Positions 25,574-36,944 of a stretch of DNA of 64,000 bases are shown here, one piece after another. Source of the DNA: Macrostomum lignano (taxonomy: Eukaryota); the NCBI GenBank assembly GCA_002269645.1, contig NIVC01002553.1:62001-126000 (forward strand), in the 5' to 3' direction. The position numbers and the translations under genes are program-made. How positions within the stretch are numbered: position 1 is the stretch's first letter; each line of letters starts with the position of its first letter. The notes beneath the pieces were generated by a model. That model was not told where the DNA came from. It searched no databases and saw only the letters and a list, made by a program, of their open reading frames with translations.

Positions 25574-25613
<40 letters not shown>
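24478..25613. repeat. Dispersed direct repeat (~160-180 bp; 24478-24660 and 25455-25613) ending in (GA)n
   Basis: Both copies read GCATTCAGCAGGGGGATTGAGA..CTCGATGGCTGGAATCAAACAAGTGGAAGAGATAGGGAATGTAGGGAG. Confidence 0.85.
25189..25458 (-). mobile_element. Penelope-like (GIY-YIG) retroelement relic
   Basis: RQRQEAKLIAVLKTLVPHGANE resembles the GIY-YIG C-terminal motif RExxWIxxLxTLxPxGLN. PLIVPH...PVLPAFTKGRSLRDLLCHS resembles the RT-EN linker PLVxxY...PxVAYRRxxNLRDxLVxS. Confidence 0.55.
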
Positions 25614-25617
<4 letters not shown>

Positions 25618-26274
25618 GAATGTAAGGGAATAGAACATGAAAGAAAAGTAGTGCTTTAGCAACAGAGAATGCAAACCAACTTGAACTAAATCAATTCTGC
25701 AGAGGTAATTCAGTAATTTTTCTGACTGTACATGTAGACCCTATTAATGGGCCTCACCTTTTAATATGCGAGATCGGGCTGTTAAATGAGCTGGAGTGAA
25801 GACCGTACTACTGGAAGAGTTAGTGAGAGACTCAAATTCTTTCTTCTCGCTTTAGCGCTAGGATTAGCGGCCTCTCTACTCCACCACTTGTTGCTGTGTT
25901 CCCCTCTGTCGGCGATTAATTAATGCCGATTACGAGGGAGCTACTCACTCTACCCCTCCAAAGGTTTTTTTCACTCGGCCAAGTGAAACGAACAAGGAGC
26001 ACAGGCTTTGACAAGAAAATTGGGCTGAGCGGATTGCTGACTTGATATATTGGTTTAGTGCCTGCTTTGCCTACTCAAGCAGTGCCTTTTCTGGTTTGAA
26101 TAGCCAAGTAGTTCCAAGGACTGGGCTGTCTGGCTTGAAGTATTGGTTTTAACGTTGTTGGTTGTCTTCTAAACTCCGAAACTTTAATGAGGGATATCTG
26201 GAGCTTCTGTGCCAGTTTACTACGGAAGTCTGATGTCTGATTTTTGAAGTCGTGACTTCGTTTGCGGATCTAAG

Positions 26275-26620
26275 ATCTTATGTAGATACCCGATCTTGGA
26301 CCTGTAGATACCCTTTGTAGATACCCTTAAATATATGTAAATACCCGATTTAGGACCTTATGTAGATACCCGATCTAGGACCTCTAGATACCCTTTGTAG
26401 ATACCCTTAGATATATGTAGATACCCGATTTAGGACCTTATGTAGATACCCGATCTTGGACCTTATGCAAATACCCGATCTAGGACCTGTAGATACCTTT
26501 TGTAGATTCCCTTATTTATATCTAGATACCCGATCTATGTAGGGAGATCTTATGTAGATACCCGATCTCTAGGACCTGTAGATACCCTTTGTAGATACCC
26601 TTAGATATATGTAGATACCC
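26275..26620. repeat. Composite GTAGATACCC-based tandem repeat
   Basis: About 18 GTAGATACCC cores with alternating spacers. Confidence 0.85.
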
Positions 26621-27275
26621 AATCTCGGGCATTGCATGCAGGTAGACTTGTTTTTGCTGCTTGAAAGCTTAGTACAGCATTAATTAATAATTATCGAGAG
26701 CCTTAGCTGCATGAAGCTCGTGCATCGGCACGCAGCTTCCTCTCCAACATTTCCTGCTAGCAGTTCTCAGTTGATGGGCTTTGTTCATCATCTTCATCAA
26801 TTTTCTACCAGGAGAAGAAGTTGGAAACAGTCCGATAGGCGCGCGACGAGTCTCAATGATTTATTTATGGCTCGCTAGTCAAAGCCCCATCCAACTCAGC
26901 CTCCTCCCCTGGTTGCCGTGTCAGAGATCCGGGCCGACTTCCTCGCTTTTATTTCCCGAAAGTTTCAGGGGAAATTTCGCCTGAAGCCAAAACCGCAGGA
27001 GTCAGAGAGGGAGAGGTGGCCTGGATGACTACTCATAAATTCAGACAATTTGCATCCAGAAATAGACTCTCCTACTGAACTGCCTCTGCTCGAGTCGCTG
27101 AGAATGGCGAATATTCCCCGAGCTCGTTTGCCTCGGCTCTCAGCTCTGCGTTATGAATTATGAGAACTTGAAAAACTTTTCTTCGGTTTATTCATTCTCT
27201 GGGTATTGGATCTCGTCTATTTGGACTTTTTTGTCACTATTTTTCTCATCAGTTGTACTGTAATTGAGAATATTG

Positions 27276-27849
27276 CCAGTGAGGAGTGGGATGGTCGCCA
27301 GTGAGGAGTGGGGTGGTTGTCAGTGAGGAGTGGGGTGGTTGTCAGTGAGGAGTGGGGTGGTTGTCAGTGAGGAGTGGGGTGGTTGCCAGTGAGGAGTGGG
27401 GTGGTTGTCAGTGAGGAGTGGGGTGGTTGCCAGAGAGGAGTGGGCTGGTTGCCAGAGAGGAGTGGGGTGGTTGCCAGTGAGGAGTGGGGTGGTTGCCAGT
27501 GAGGAGTGGGGTGGTCGCCAGTGAGGAGTGGGGTGGTTGCCAGAGAGGAGTGGGGTGGTTGCCAGTGAGGGGTGGGGTGGTTGCTGTTCCCAGTGAGGAG
27601 TGGGGTGGTTGCCGTTGCCTTTGCCAGTGAGGAGTGTAGTGGTTGCTGTTGCCAGTGAGGAGTGGGGTGGTTGCCGTTGCCGTTGCCTTTGCCAGTGAGG
27701 AGTGGAGTGGTTGCTGTTGCCAGTGAGGAGTGGGGTGGTTGCCGTTACCGTTGCCTTTGCCAGTGAGGAGTGGAGTGGTTGCTGTTGCCAGTGAGGAGTG
27801 GGGTGGTTGCCGTTGCCATTGCCGTTGCCAGTGAGGAGTGGGGTGGTTG
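27276..27849. repeat. 22-bp G-rich minisatellite (GCCAGTGAGGAGTGGGGTGGTT)
   Basis: About 23 units; later ones carry GTTGCC insertions. Confidence 0.9.
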
Positions 27850-27981
27850 AGAGGCGTGATAATGAGGCAGCGTGTTTACGAGTAATTTACGAGTTTACGA
27901 GTTTACGAGTATTTATACTTAGATTCAAACAGAATCTACTTCGTACGTAACAAAACTATTTTTCTTGTCCACCTCATTCAG

Positions 27982-28050
27982 GCTGTCAAGTCTGTTGGGC
28001 AGCTAGTAGTCAATCAGGTGTTGCTGGGCACCTGCTGTCAGAACGTCTCG
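27982..28050 (+). CDS. Class C GPCR, ICL1/TM2 exon
   Basis: ctcattcag|AVKSVGQLVVNQVLLGTCCQNVS|gtaaga; comparable to GPR158 IRASGLILLETILFG. Confidence 0.75.
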
Positions 28051-28142
28051 GTAAGACGCAATTAATTAATGGTTTCCATTTTAAACTGCGATGAGTTCGT
28101 GCTCAGAGTTCACTCCAATCCAATCCCTCAAATCCAATACAG

Positions 28143-28252
28143 CACTTGACCAGCGTGTGGATGGAGGGCAGCGCCGGCTGTCACCTTTCTAATTGGCTCT
28201 TTCACCTGGGCAGCCTGTTGGTCTACTCCGATATTGGACTACATTGCTGGCG
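28143..28252 (+). CDS. Class C GPCR, TM3 exon
   Basis: HLTSVWMEGSAGCHLSNWLFHLGSLLVYSDIGLHCWR fits the class C TM3 pattern CxxxxWxxxLGFxLVYGxIxLKxWR; donor CG|GTGAGC. Confidence 0.8.
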
Positions 28253-28267
28253 GTGAGCAGCTCTGGA

Positions 28268-28437
28268 TTGGGTGGGTGCGGGAGTGAGGGGTGGGGTGGG
28301 TGCGGGAGTGAGGGGTGGGGTGGGTGCGGGATTGAGGAGCGGGGTGGGTGCGGTAAGGAGTGGGGTGGGTGTGAGAGTGAGGAGTGGGGTGGGTGCGGAA
28401 GTGAATGAGGAGTGGGGTGGGTGCGGGGTCGAGGAGT
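28268..28437. repeat. G-rich ~20-bp tandem repeat (GGGTGGGTGCGGGAGTGAGG)
   Basis: About 8 degenerate units in the intron. Confidence 0.8.
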
Positions 28438-28561
28438 GTTATACGTTGTAAGTGCAGGTGTTCAGATTAATACAGGCACTTTAACAGGGAATCAGGATGC
28501 TTGGATCATAAATCAAACTATGATTGTGACCGATTGGCCTGCCATGGCTTCCAACCCTCAG

Positions 28562-28776
28562 CGTGGCGGTCATCATGGACTTCGGTCGCCTCAGGCGCAC
28601 TCATGTAAGTGACGCCCAAGTGATGAAGCGGCTCAGCTGCCTTGTAGCTTTATGGATAGCAGCTTTGGCAGGAGTCACGACGGTGTCTCTGACGGGTCAC
28701 CTGACCTGGTTTGTGGCGGACTCGAACGGTCAAGGGCGGTGTTTTCAGATAAGCATTGACGGCTGCTTGAGTGCCG
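28562..28776 (+). CDS. Class C GPCR, ICL2/TM4/ECL2 exon
   Basis: RVAVIMDFGRLRRTHVSDAQVMKRLSCLVALWIAALAGVTTV...C; phase 2 in, phase 1 out (G|GTAAGT). Confidence 0.8.
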
Positions 28777-28868
28777 GTAAGTGGCTGGTTGGACCTGTTT
28801 CAACTTATGTCACTGTTGCATCAGTGTGAGATCACTCCTAAATTATAAAAAGTGACGATAAATTTCAG

Positions 28869-29007
28869 AGCACCTTCTCATCGTTCTTTGGTCGCTGAGG
28901 CAGGCCTACAGTGCGCGAGTCGCGCCAGACTGTTACAATAATTCATTAAAGTCGGCAGTTTGTCTGTACAATTTTGCACTGGGCTGGCCTGTGCTGTACG
29001 CCGTGCT
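28869..29007 (+). CDS. Class C GPCR, TM5/TM6 exon
   Basis: tttcag|EHLLIVLWSLRQAYSARVAPDCYNNSLKSAVCLYNFALGWPVLYAVL|gtgagt; comparable to GPR158 EFLFLLWGVYLCYAVRTVPSAFHEPRYMAVAVHN. Confidence 0.8.
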
Positions 29008-29862
29008 GTGAGTGAGGAATGAGGTGGCGGGTGAGGAATGGGGTGGTGGGTGGAGAATGAGGTGGTGGGTGAGGAATTGGGTGGCGGTTGAGGAATGGGG
29101 TGGTGGGTGGAGAATGAGGTGGTGGGTGAGGAATTGGGTGGTGGGTGAGGAATGGGGTGGTGGATGGAGAATGAGGTGGTGGGTGAGGAATTGGGTGGCG
29201 GTTGAGGAATGGGGTGGTGGGTGGAGAATGGGGTGGTGGGTGAGGAATGGGGTGGTGCGTGAGGAATGGGGTGGCGGGTGAGGAATGGGGTGGTGGGTGG
29301 AGAATGGGGTGGTGGGCGGAGAATGGGGTGGTGGTTGAGGAATGGGGTGGTGGTTAAGGAATAGGTTGGTGGGTGAGGAATGGGGTGGTGGGTGGAGAAT
29401 GGGGTGGTGGTTGAGGAATGGGGTGGCGGTTGAGGAATGGGGTGGTGGGTGGAGAATGAGGTGGTGGGTGAGGAATTGGGTGGTGGGTGAGGAATGGGTT
29501 GGTGGGTGAGGAATGGGGTGGTGGGTGGAGAATGGGGTGGTGGTTGAGGAATGGGTTGGTGGGTGAGGAATGGGGTGGTGGGTGGAGAATGGGGTGGTGG
29601 TTGAGGAATGGGGTGGTGGTTGAGGAATAGGTTGGTGGGTGAGGAATGGGGTGGTGGGTGGAGAATGTTGTGGTGGTTGAGGAATGGGGTGGCGGTTGAG
29701 GAATGGGGTGGTGGGTGGAGAATGAGGTGGTGGGTGAGGAATTGGGTGGCGGTTGAGGAATGGGGTGGTGGATGGAGAATGGGGTGGTGGTTGAGGAATG
29801 GGTTGGTGGGTGAGGAATGGGGTGGTGGGTGAAGAATGTGGTGGTGGGTGTATAATGGGGTG
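29008..29862. repeat. ~20-bp G-rich minisatellite (GTGAGGAATGGGGTGGTGG)
   Basis: Fills almost the whole intron, starting at the donor. Confidence 0.9.
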
Positions 29863-29935
29863 ATGCGATTTTAGCTATTAGATGTGGAAAACTCGCGAGT
29901 ACATGTAATTAACTTAATTACAATTTTTATTCCAG

Positions 29936-30044
29936 ACTGATGATTCATGAGTCGGAGCTGCCAGATTTTTATGCCAAATTGGCGGCATTTTTGTTCACCA
30001 TGACAGTCGTGACTTCCGTACAGCTCGTCTTCGTGTTGCAGCAA
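29936..30044 (+). CDS. Class C GPCR, TM7 exon
   Basis: ttattccag|LLMIHESELPDFYAKLAAFLFTMTVVTSVQLVFVLQQ|gtgagg; phases match both neighbours. Confidence 0.75.
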
Positions 30045-30689
30045 GTGAGGATTTTTGGAAATCCATATCGTACTAAAAAAGGAATCGTATCTACCTTTGT
30101 TGTACCGCAATCCAAGTCTCGCCCATGAGACAAATAAACGTCTCTTTCCATTTCTCTCTTTCTCCCCATTCCCTCCCGTTCGAACACAACAGTTAATAAC
30201 AACAGCTTTCGTTTTATCTATTCTCCTCAACATTGTCAATCAAGCATCGCTAATGAACCTACCCACAGAGTTAAGACCTTATCCGTGTTCTTTACAACGC
30301 ATTGCGGGTTTTGCAAAGCCAAACAGTCGGATCCCATGGTAATTAGCCCACAGACTGCCTATCCCATGTATCCTTTGCACTGAAAATTCTCACAACGGGG
30401 ACCGCCTTGTGTGAGAGGGTGAAAACCCATGTAGCAAGTCAGGCAGCCCGTAGGGAGAGACACTTCCCTGTTGGCTACTACAGTTCCTTTTCCCTACATC
30501 GGTGGGCCGAACGCAGAGGGGTTCATAGTGATCTTGTATCGCTAGATATTGGCATTTCGGCAATAGCGCAATCTCTGCTCTCGGCTTCAAGGAATATGAG
30601 GGGTAGAGAGGGGGACTGACAGGGAGAGAAGAGGGCGATAATGGGAGTGAGAGGGAGATAAGGGTTGAGATGGAGAGTGAGAGTAAGAA

Positions 30690-31100
30690 AGATGGGAAGT
30701 GAGAGGGAGAGATGGGGAGTGAGGAGGAAAGATGGGGAGTGAGGAGGAAAGATGGGGAGTGAGGAGGAAAGATGGGGAGTGAGGAGGAAAGATGGGGAGT
30801 GAGGAGGAAAGATGGGGAGTGAGGAGGAGAGATGGGGAGTGAGAGGGAGAGATGGGGAGTGAGGAGGAAAGATGGGGAGTGAGGAGGAAAGATGGGGAGT
30901 GAGGAGGAGAGATGGGGAGTGAGGAGGAGAGATGGGGAGTGAGGAGGAGAGATGGGGAGTGAGAGGGAGAGATGGGGAGTGAGGAGGAAAGATGGGGAGT
31001 GAGGAGGAAAGATGGGGAGTGAGGAGGAGAGATGGGGAGTGAGGAGGAGAGATGGGGAGTGAGAGGGAGAGATGGGGAGTGAGAAGGCGAGATGGAGAGT
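30690..31100. repeat. 20-bp purine-rich minisatellite (GATGGGGAGTGAGGAGGAAA)
   Basis: About 20 units. Confidence 0.9.
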
Positions 31101-31722
31101 GAGAGAGAGAGCGAGAGAGAGAGAAGGAGAGTGAGACGGAGAGATGACGAGTGAGAGGGCAGATAGGGTGGAGAAGGAGAGCTGCTATAAGACAGGAGGC
31201 AGGATAAAAGCCACCCAAGTGCAGCTGGCATGATAAATATGCTTATTTAATCCTTCAGCGACCCCGCCTGAACCACCTGAGCCAATATCCAGGCTCAAGG
31301 TGAGCTGCCATCCCTTCCCAACCCTCGCTACCCCCACCGCAGATTTCTTGCACGCCTCACCGCCTCCCAGCAGCTGCTGCTCCATCTTCTATTCTGCCCC
31401 ATCGTGCTCAGATGGAGAATAGATCGATCGTGAGAGGCTGGGCATTCGAAACTATGGAAGCAGAAGGAATTGTAGCCGTCGCCTTGAACAATTGCTGGTC
31501 GTGAGGGTGGGCGGGGGGCTGAAGGGAAAGTGCTTCTGATAGATTGATTAATGATTATTGATTAATGAGGTACTATGATTAATCGGCTATTCTTTCTGAT
31601 ATTTTTTCTTGAGGATTTATTACCGAGGATAAATATTTTCTGGAGAAAATTCAGCACCTGAAATTTGCTGATCTGTTGGGCTGAAATCAAATTCTAGCTC
31701 AACCCATGCGCCTACTCAGATG

Positions 31723-32105
31723 AATCAACTATTATCCTCAGGTGCAATTAGAATCAACTATTATCCTCAGGTGCAATTAGAATCAACTATTATCCTCAGG
31801 TGCAATTAGAATCAACTATTATCCTCAGGTGCAATTAGAATCAACTATTATCCTCAGGTGCAATTAGAATCAACTATTATCCTCAGGTGCAATTAGAATC
31901 AACTATTATCCTCAGGTGCAATTAGAATCAACTATTATCCTCAGGTGCAATTAGAATCAACTATTATCCTCAGGTGCAATTAGAATCAACTATTATCCTC
32001 AGGTGCAATTAGAATCAACTATTATCCTCAGGTGCAGTTAAAATCAACTATTATCCTCAGGTGCAATTAGAATCAACTATTATCCCCAGGTGCAATTAGA
32101 ATCAA
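31723..32105. repeat. 29-bp near-perfect minisatellite (AATCAACTATTATCCTCAGGTGCAATTAG)
   Basis: About 13 units ending ~55 nt before the acceptor at 32162. Confidence 0.95.
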
Positions 32106-32162
32106 CACCTGCCAACCTCAGCACCTGATCGCTTGACGCCCTACCCCTAAATCCTTTGCCAG

Positions 32163-32468
32163 CTGCTGCAGATCCGCAGCGGCTATGAGGAGATCAGCAT
32201 CCCGGTGTCCGACATCACTGGCGGCTCGGCCACCCACCGAGTGGACGTGTGCCTGAGCAACAGCGGCCGGGTTGTCAGCATGAAGTGCGTGCCCTGCGGC
32301 CAGCTGGTTCTGTCGCCGTTTCACGAGCACCAGCGCCAGCACCAGCGGGAGCTGCAGCAACAGCAGCAGCAGCACCTGGGAGAAGCCGAGGCAGGCAGTT
32401 CGCTAGCGGCTCAGGAGACGAGCAGCGAGGCGAGAGCTGCGGTTGAAGTCTTCAAGGGCTACACCGAG
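32163..32468 (+). CDS. Class C GPCR, cytoplasmic tail exon
   Basis: cctttgccag|[15 protein letters not shown]...poly-Q...VFKGYTE|gtgagc; phase 0 at both ends. Confidence 0.7.
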
Positions 32469-32488
32469 GTGAGCTGGCTAAGTGCGAA

Positions 32489-33160
32489 GGAGGGAGCGGG
32501 TCAAGAAATGAGGGAGGGAGCGGATCAAGAAATGAGGGAGGGAGCGGATCAAGAAATGAGGGAGGGAGCGGATCAAGAAATGAGGGAGGGAGCGGATCAA
32601 GAAATGAGGGAGGGAGCGGATCAAGAAATGAGGGAGGGAGCGGATCAAGAAATGAGGGAGGGAGCGGGTCAAGAAATGAGGGAGGGAGCGGATCAAAAAA
32701 TGAGGGAGGGAGCGGATCAAGAAATGAGGGAGGGAGCGGATCAAGAAATGAGGGAGGGAGCGGATCAAGAAATGAGGGAGGGAGCGGATCAAGAAATGAG
32801 GGAGGGAGCGGATCAAGAAATGAGGGAGGGAGCGGGTCAAGAAATGAGGGAGGGAGCGGATCAAGAAATGAGGGAGGGAGCGGATCAAGAAATGAGGGAG
32901 GGAGCGGATCAAGAAATGAGGGAGGGAGCGGGTCAAGGAATGCGGGAGGGAGCGGATCAAGAAATGAGGGAGGAGCGGGGTCAAGGAATGCGGGAGGGAG
33001 CGGATCAAGAAATGAGGGAGGGAGCGGGGTCAAGGAATGCGGGAGGGAGCGGATCAAGAAATGAGGGAGGGAGCGGGGTCAAGGAATGCGGGAGGGAGCG
33101 GATCAAGAAATGAGGGAGGGAGCGGGGTCAAGGAATGCGGGAGGGAGCGGATCAAGAAAT
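32489..33160. repeat. 24-bp intronic minisatellite (GAGGGAGGGAGCGGATCAAGAAAT)
   Basis: About 28 units; source of the spurious EGADQEMR repeat in ORF 32205. Confidence 0.95.
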
Positions 33161-33744
33161 GAGGGAGGGAGCGGATGAAGAGACAGAGGGTGGAATGGAT
33201 GAAGGAGCGGATGACAGCAGGAAAAAGCTACTGCTGCGGGGGCGCAGTGGAGAGCAGCAATTCAGCTGAAAGATTCCACAATAGCCATCCAGCCTCTGTC
33301 TAAAGCAAAAAAGAATAGGCCTGAACAATGCAGAGGTCCTTGAATAAGCTGTTGTTTCGCTTTCCGCAGCCGGGCGTCTCTTAATAGAAAAGAGAGAAGC
33401 ATTTAAAAGTACATTTGCCAATTTCCATGCTAAAAAAGCTGAGACAGCTATCGTTTTCCCTATAGTAGCTAGCTAGACCATGGTCCTTGCCCCAGCATAC
33501 GAGGTGGGCAAGGTTGGGTGACAATAGGCCGCTTTGTTCTTCTTTTTGTCTGCTTCCTGATGCTGTTTCTGCTTGGTGCCAGAATAGCATTACTATAATG
33601 TTTTATTATACAGTATGGATTAATGGCTTAGCTATATACTACTGTTGTTAAGTAGCTTTGTAATACAAGCGGGTAGCTTAAATTTTAGTTTTTCAACGAA
33701 CAATAGGTTGTCACCCCCTCACGAACTTCACACTCGCTCGCCAG

Positions 33745-34197
33745 GAGGAGTTCGACCGCCTGGTGGACATGTTCCAGCAGCTCAAGACGGAGAATCTGCA
33801 CCTGAGCAAGCGGCTCGAGTCCATGCGCTGCGCCCAGCAGCAGCAGCAGCGCTCCATCGGCGGCCGACGTCGGCCGTGCATGTCGACAACATCGTCGTCG
33901 CTCTGCCTGGGCGGCGGCAACCCCGGCGGCGGGGCCGGCTGGGAGTCCAGCGACACCCTCAACACGGCACTGACTGGAGGGCCCGCGGCCAGCGTCGGAT
34001 CCTGCGACACCCTTGCGGATGAGTGCGAGGCAGGGGATGAGGACGGCAGGCTGGAGTCCAGCAGTCGCCGCACGACGACGCTGCCAAAGTCGGTCAGCTT
34101 CCCGGCGACGGCTTCGGGGACCGCCGGGAACGGGCTGCAGTTCCTGCCGGCTATTCCAGAGCGGCACTGCCTGCAGAGCAGGGAGCAGTTCTTCTGA
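33745..34197 (+). CDS. Class C GPCR, terminal exon (coiled-coil-like segment, stop)
   Basis: ctcgccag|EEFDRLVDMFQQLKTENLHLSKRLE; phase-0 acceptor joins GYTE|EEF; TGA at 34195-34197. Confidence 0.7.
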   Translation, partial: EEFDRLVDMFQQLKTENLHLSKRLESMRCAQQQQQRSIGGRRRPCMSTTSSSLCLGGGNPGGGAGWESSDTLNTALTGGPAASVGSCDTLADECEAGDEDGRLESSSRRTTTLPKSVSFPATASGTAGNGLQFLPAIPERHCLQSREQFF

Positions 34198-35034
34198 GCC
34201 CTCAGCGCTGGGGTTGTCGGAGTCAGGTTAGTGGGTTTTAACCATAGAAGCTGAATTGTCTATGGTCAAAATAATATCCTTAATCAGTTCATCAAGTTCG
34301 ATTTGGAACAATTTTAACTTTAAAAACAACTGTCAGTTTCTGTATACTTTTGTACTTTAATTTCAGTTCCAGCTTTGATTGGTTCCGCAGAATTAAGTTT
34401 GCAGACATTCTGCTTTCTTGCGTATATAAATTGTTGCTCATGTAGGTACAGTAGCTAGCATGCAGTTTAATGTATGTACACTCATTTTTATCCAGCAAAC
34501 GTTTGCTTCCATTCTATAAGCAGTTACATTTACATTCATTGTGTAGAGTAATTCCGTATCGAACGTACATTACTAGCTACAGGTAATTAATATTTGATTG
34601 CGCACAGATTAAAATCCCAATCTTTGACAAATCTTCCACCAGTAAAATTCTCTGCTTCAAGCTCACAGCAGCAACTGTAATCCACTGTTAGAATTTGACT
34701 CGACTCCTAGATTTTTGTGTTCAAATTGATTTTTGTTATGCCAATTGCCTAGAATTAGCAAATACTTTTAGCTATTCTCCCCTGTTTCATTTGCTTACAA
34801 CTGAGTGTGACCACTAAATTTCCACTTTATTTTAAAGTTCTGCATTAATTACCAATAAATTTCTAACCGTGGACAGAAAGCGCAGCTGATAAGACCGTTG
34901 CATATTGTGAGATCTCAAATGTAACTGTAGAATGGTCTGCATTTGTATTATCCCTTACAATGCACTCAGATTGATACACGGGGATTATGAAGGAAACAAT
35001 TTCAGGTTTGAAGAGTCTTGAGGATTAAGTAATC

Positions 35035-36408
35035 AGATGTCTGGGGACTGTGAGGATTAGGGAGTCAGATGTCTGGGGACTGTGAGGATTAGGGAGTCAG
35101 ATGTCAGGGGACTGTGAGGATTAGGGAGTCAGATGTCTGGGGACTGTGAGGATTAGGGAGTCAGATGTCAGGGGACTGTGAGGATTAGGGAGTCAGATGT
35201 CAGGGGACTGTGAGGATTAGGGAGTCAGATGTCTGGGGATTGTGAGGATTAGGGAGTCAGATGTCTGGGGATTGTGAGGATTAGGGACTCAGATGTCTGG
35301 GAATTGTGAGGATTAGGGACTCAGATGTCTGGGGATTGTGAGGATTAGGGACTCAGATGTCTGGGGATTGTGAGGATTAGGGAGTCCGATGTCTGGGGAT
35401 TGTGAGGATTAGGGAGTCAGATGTCTGGGGATTGTGAGGATTAGGGAATCAGATGTCTGGGGACTGTGAGGATTAGGGAGTCAGATGTCTGGGGACTGTG
35501 AGGATTAATTAGGAGTCAGATGTCTGGGGACTGTGAGGATTAGGGAGTCAGATGTCTGGGGACTGTGAGGATTAATTAGGAGTCAGATGTCTGGGGACTG
35601 TGAGGATTAGGGAGTCAGATGTCTGGGGACTGTGAGGATTAGGGAGTCAGATGTCTGGGGACTGTGAGGATTAGGGAGTCAGATGTCTGGGGACTGTGAG
35701 GATTAATTAGGAGTCAGATGTCTGGGGACTGTGAGGATTAGGGAATCAGATGTCTGGGGACTGTGAGGATTAATTAGGAGTCAGATGTCTGGGGACTGTG
35801 AGGATTAATTAGGAGTCAGATGTCTGGGGACTGTGAGGATTAGGGAGTCAGATGTCTGGGGACTGTGAGGATTAGGGAGTCAGATGTCTGGGGACTGTGA
35901 GGATTAGGGAGTCAGATGTCTGGGGACTGTGAGGATTAATTAGGAGTCAGATGTCTGGGGACTGTGAGGATTAGGGAATCAGATGTCTGGGGACTGTGAG
36001 GATTAATTAGGAGTCAGATGTCTGGGGACTGTGAGGATTAATTAGGAGTCAGATGTCTGGGGACTGTGAGGATTAGGGAGTCAGATGTCTGGGGACTGTG
36101 AGGATTAGGGAGTCAGATGTCTGGGGACTGTGAGGATTAGGGAGTCAGATGTCTGGGGACTGTGAGGATTAATTAGGAGTCAGATGTCTGGGGACTGTGA
36201 GGAAGTCAGATGTCTGGGGACAGATGTCTGGGGACTGTGAGGAAGTCAGATGTCTGGGGACAGATGTCTGGGGACTGTGAGGATTAGGGAGTCAGATGTC
36301 TGGGGACTGTGAGGATTAGGGAGTCAGATGTCTGGGGACTGTGAGGATTAGGGAGTCAGATGTCTGGGGACTGTGAGGATTAGGGAATCAGATGTCTGGG
36401 GACTGTGC
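35035..36408. repeat. 32-bp minisatellite (GATGTCTGGGGACTGTGAGGATTAGGGAGTCA), with a 35-bp variant
   Basis: About 42 units. Confidence 0.95.
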
Positions 36409-36944
36409 GAGAATGTCCAAAGAAATCAGATTTTCATTGAATTGAGAATTTTAAGGCAGTTAAATCCCATTTCAATTTCGCAGAGCCACTTCTTAGTCAA
36501 CAAAACCAGAAGAAATCCAAGCCAGATCTTGCTCAATTATTATCCAAATTCAATTCTAAATTCACACTATAAGTACGAAGGAACAGTCTCAGTCTCTTGG
36601 GATATTGAAAGTTGATCTTATTATTCTGCTGCGTCGGATTTTAAAATCCCAAGAGTGGACTGATTATGCGACAGAGGGGGGGGGAGGCGCACGTGGTTGG
36701 AGTCTTGAGACGATCTCAGCTAGCTGGCAATGGAGATATAGAAAGATCGAGACAGCGGGCCAGACTTTAAGACGCACAAATTCGAACTCCCGCGGGTATT
36801 GCCGGGCCCTGCCAGACAGCGGCACTGCTCAGTAGGCCGACTCCAGTTTAATCAATCAGTTAGAGACGGCCGAGTTCACTTCGCTGCGTGCATTTTATTC
36901 AATAACTGCAGCTCCCGCGGTCAGAGAGACAGTTATTGGAGGCC

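Noticed and set aside
33707-33744. Upstream acceptors (33689, 33707) for the last GPCR exon
   Set aside because: Both are phase 1, whereas the preceding donor is phase 0; 33745 fits.
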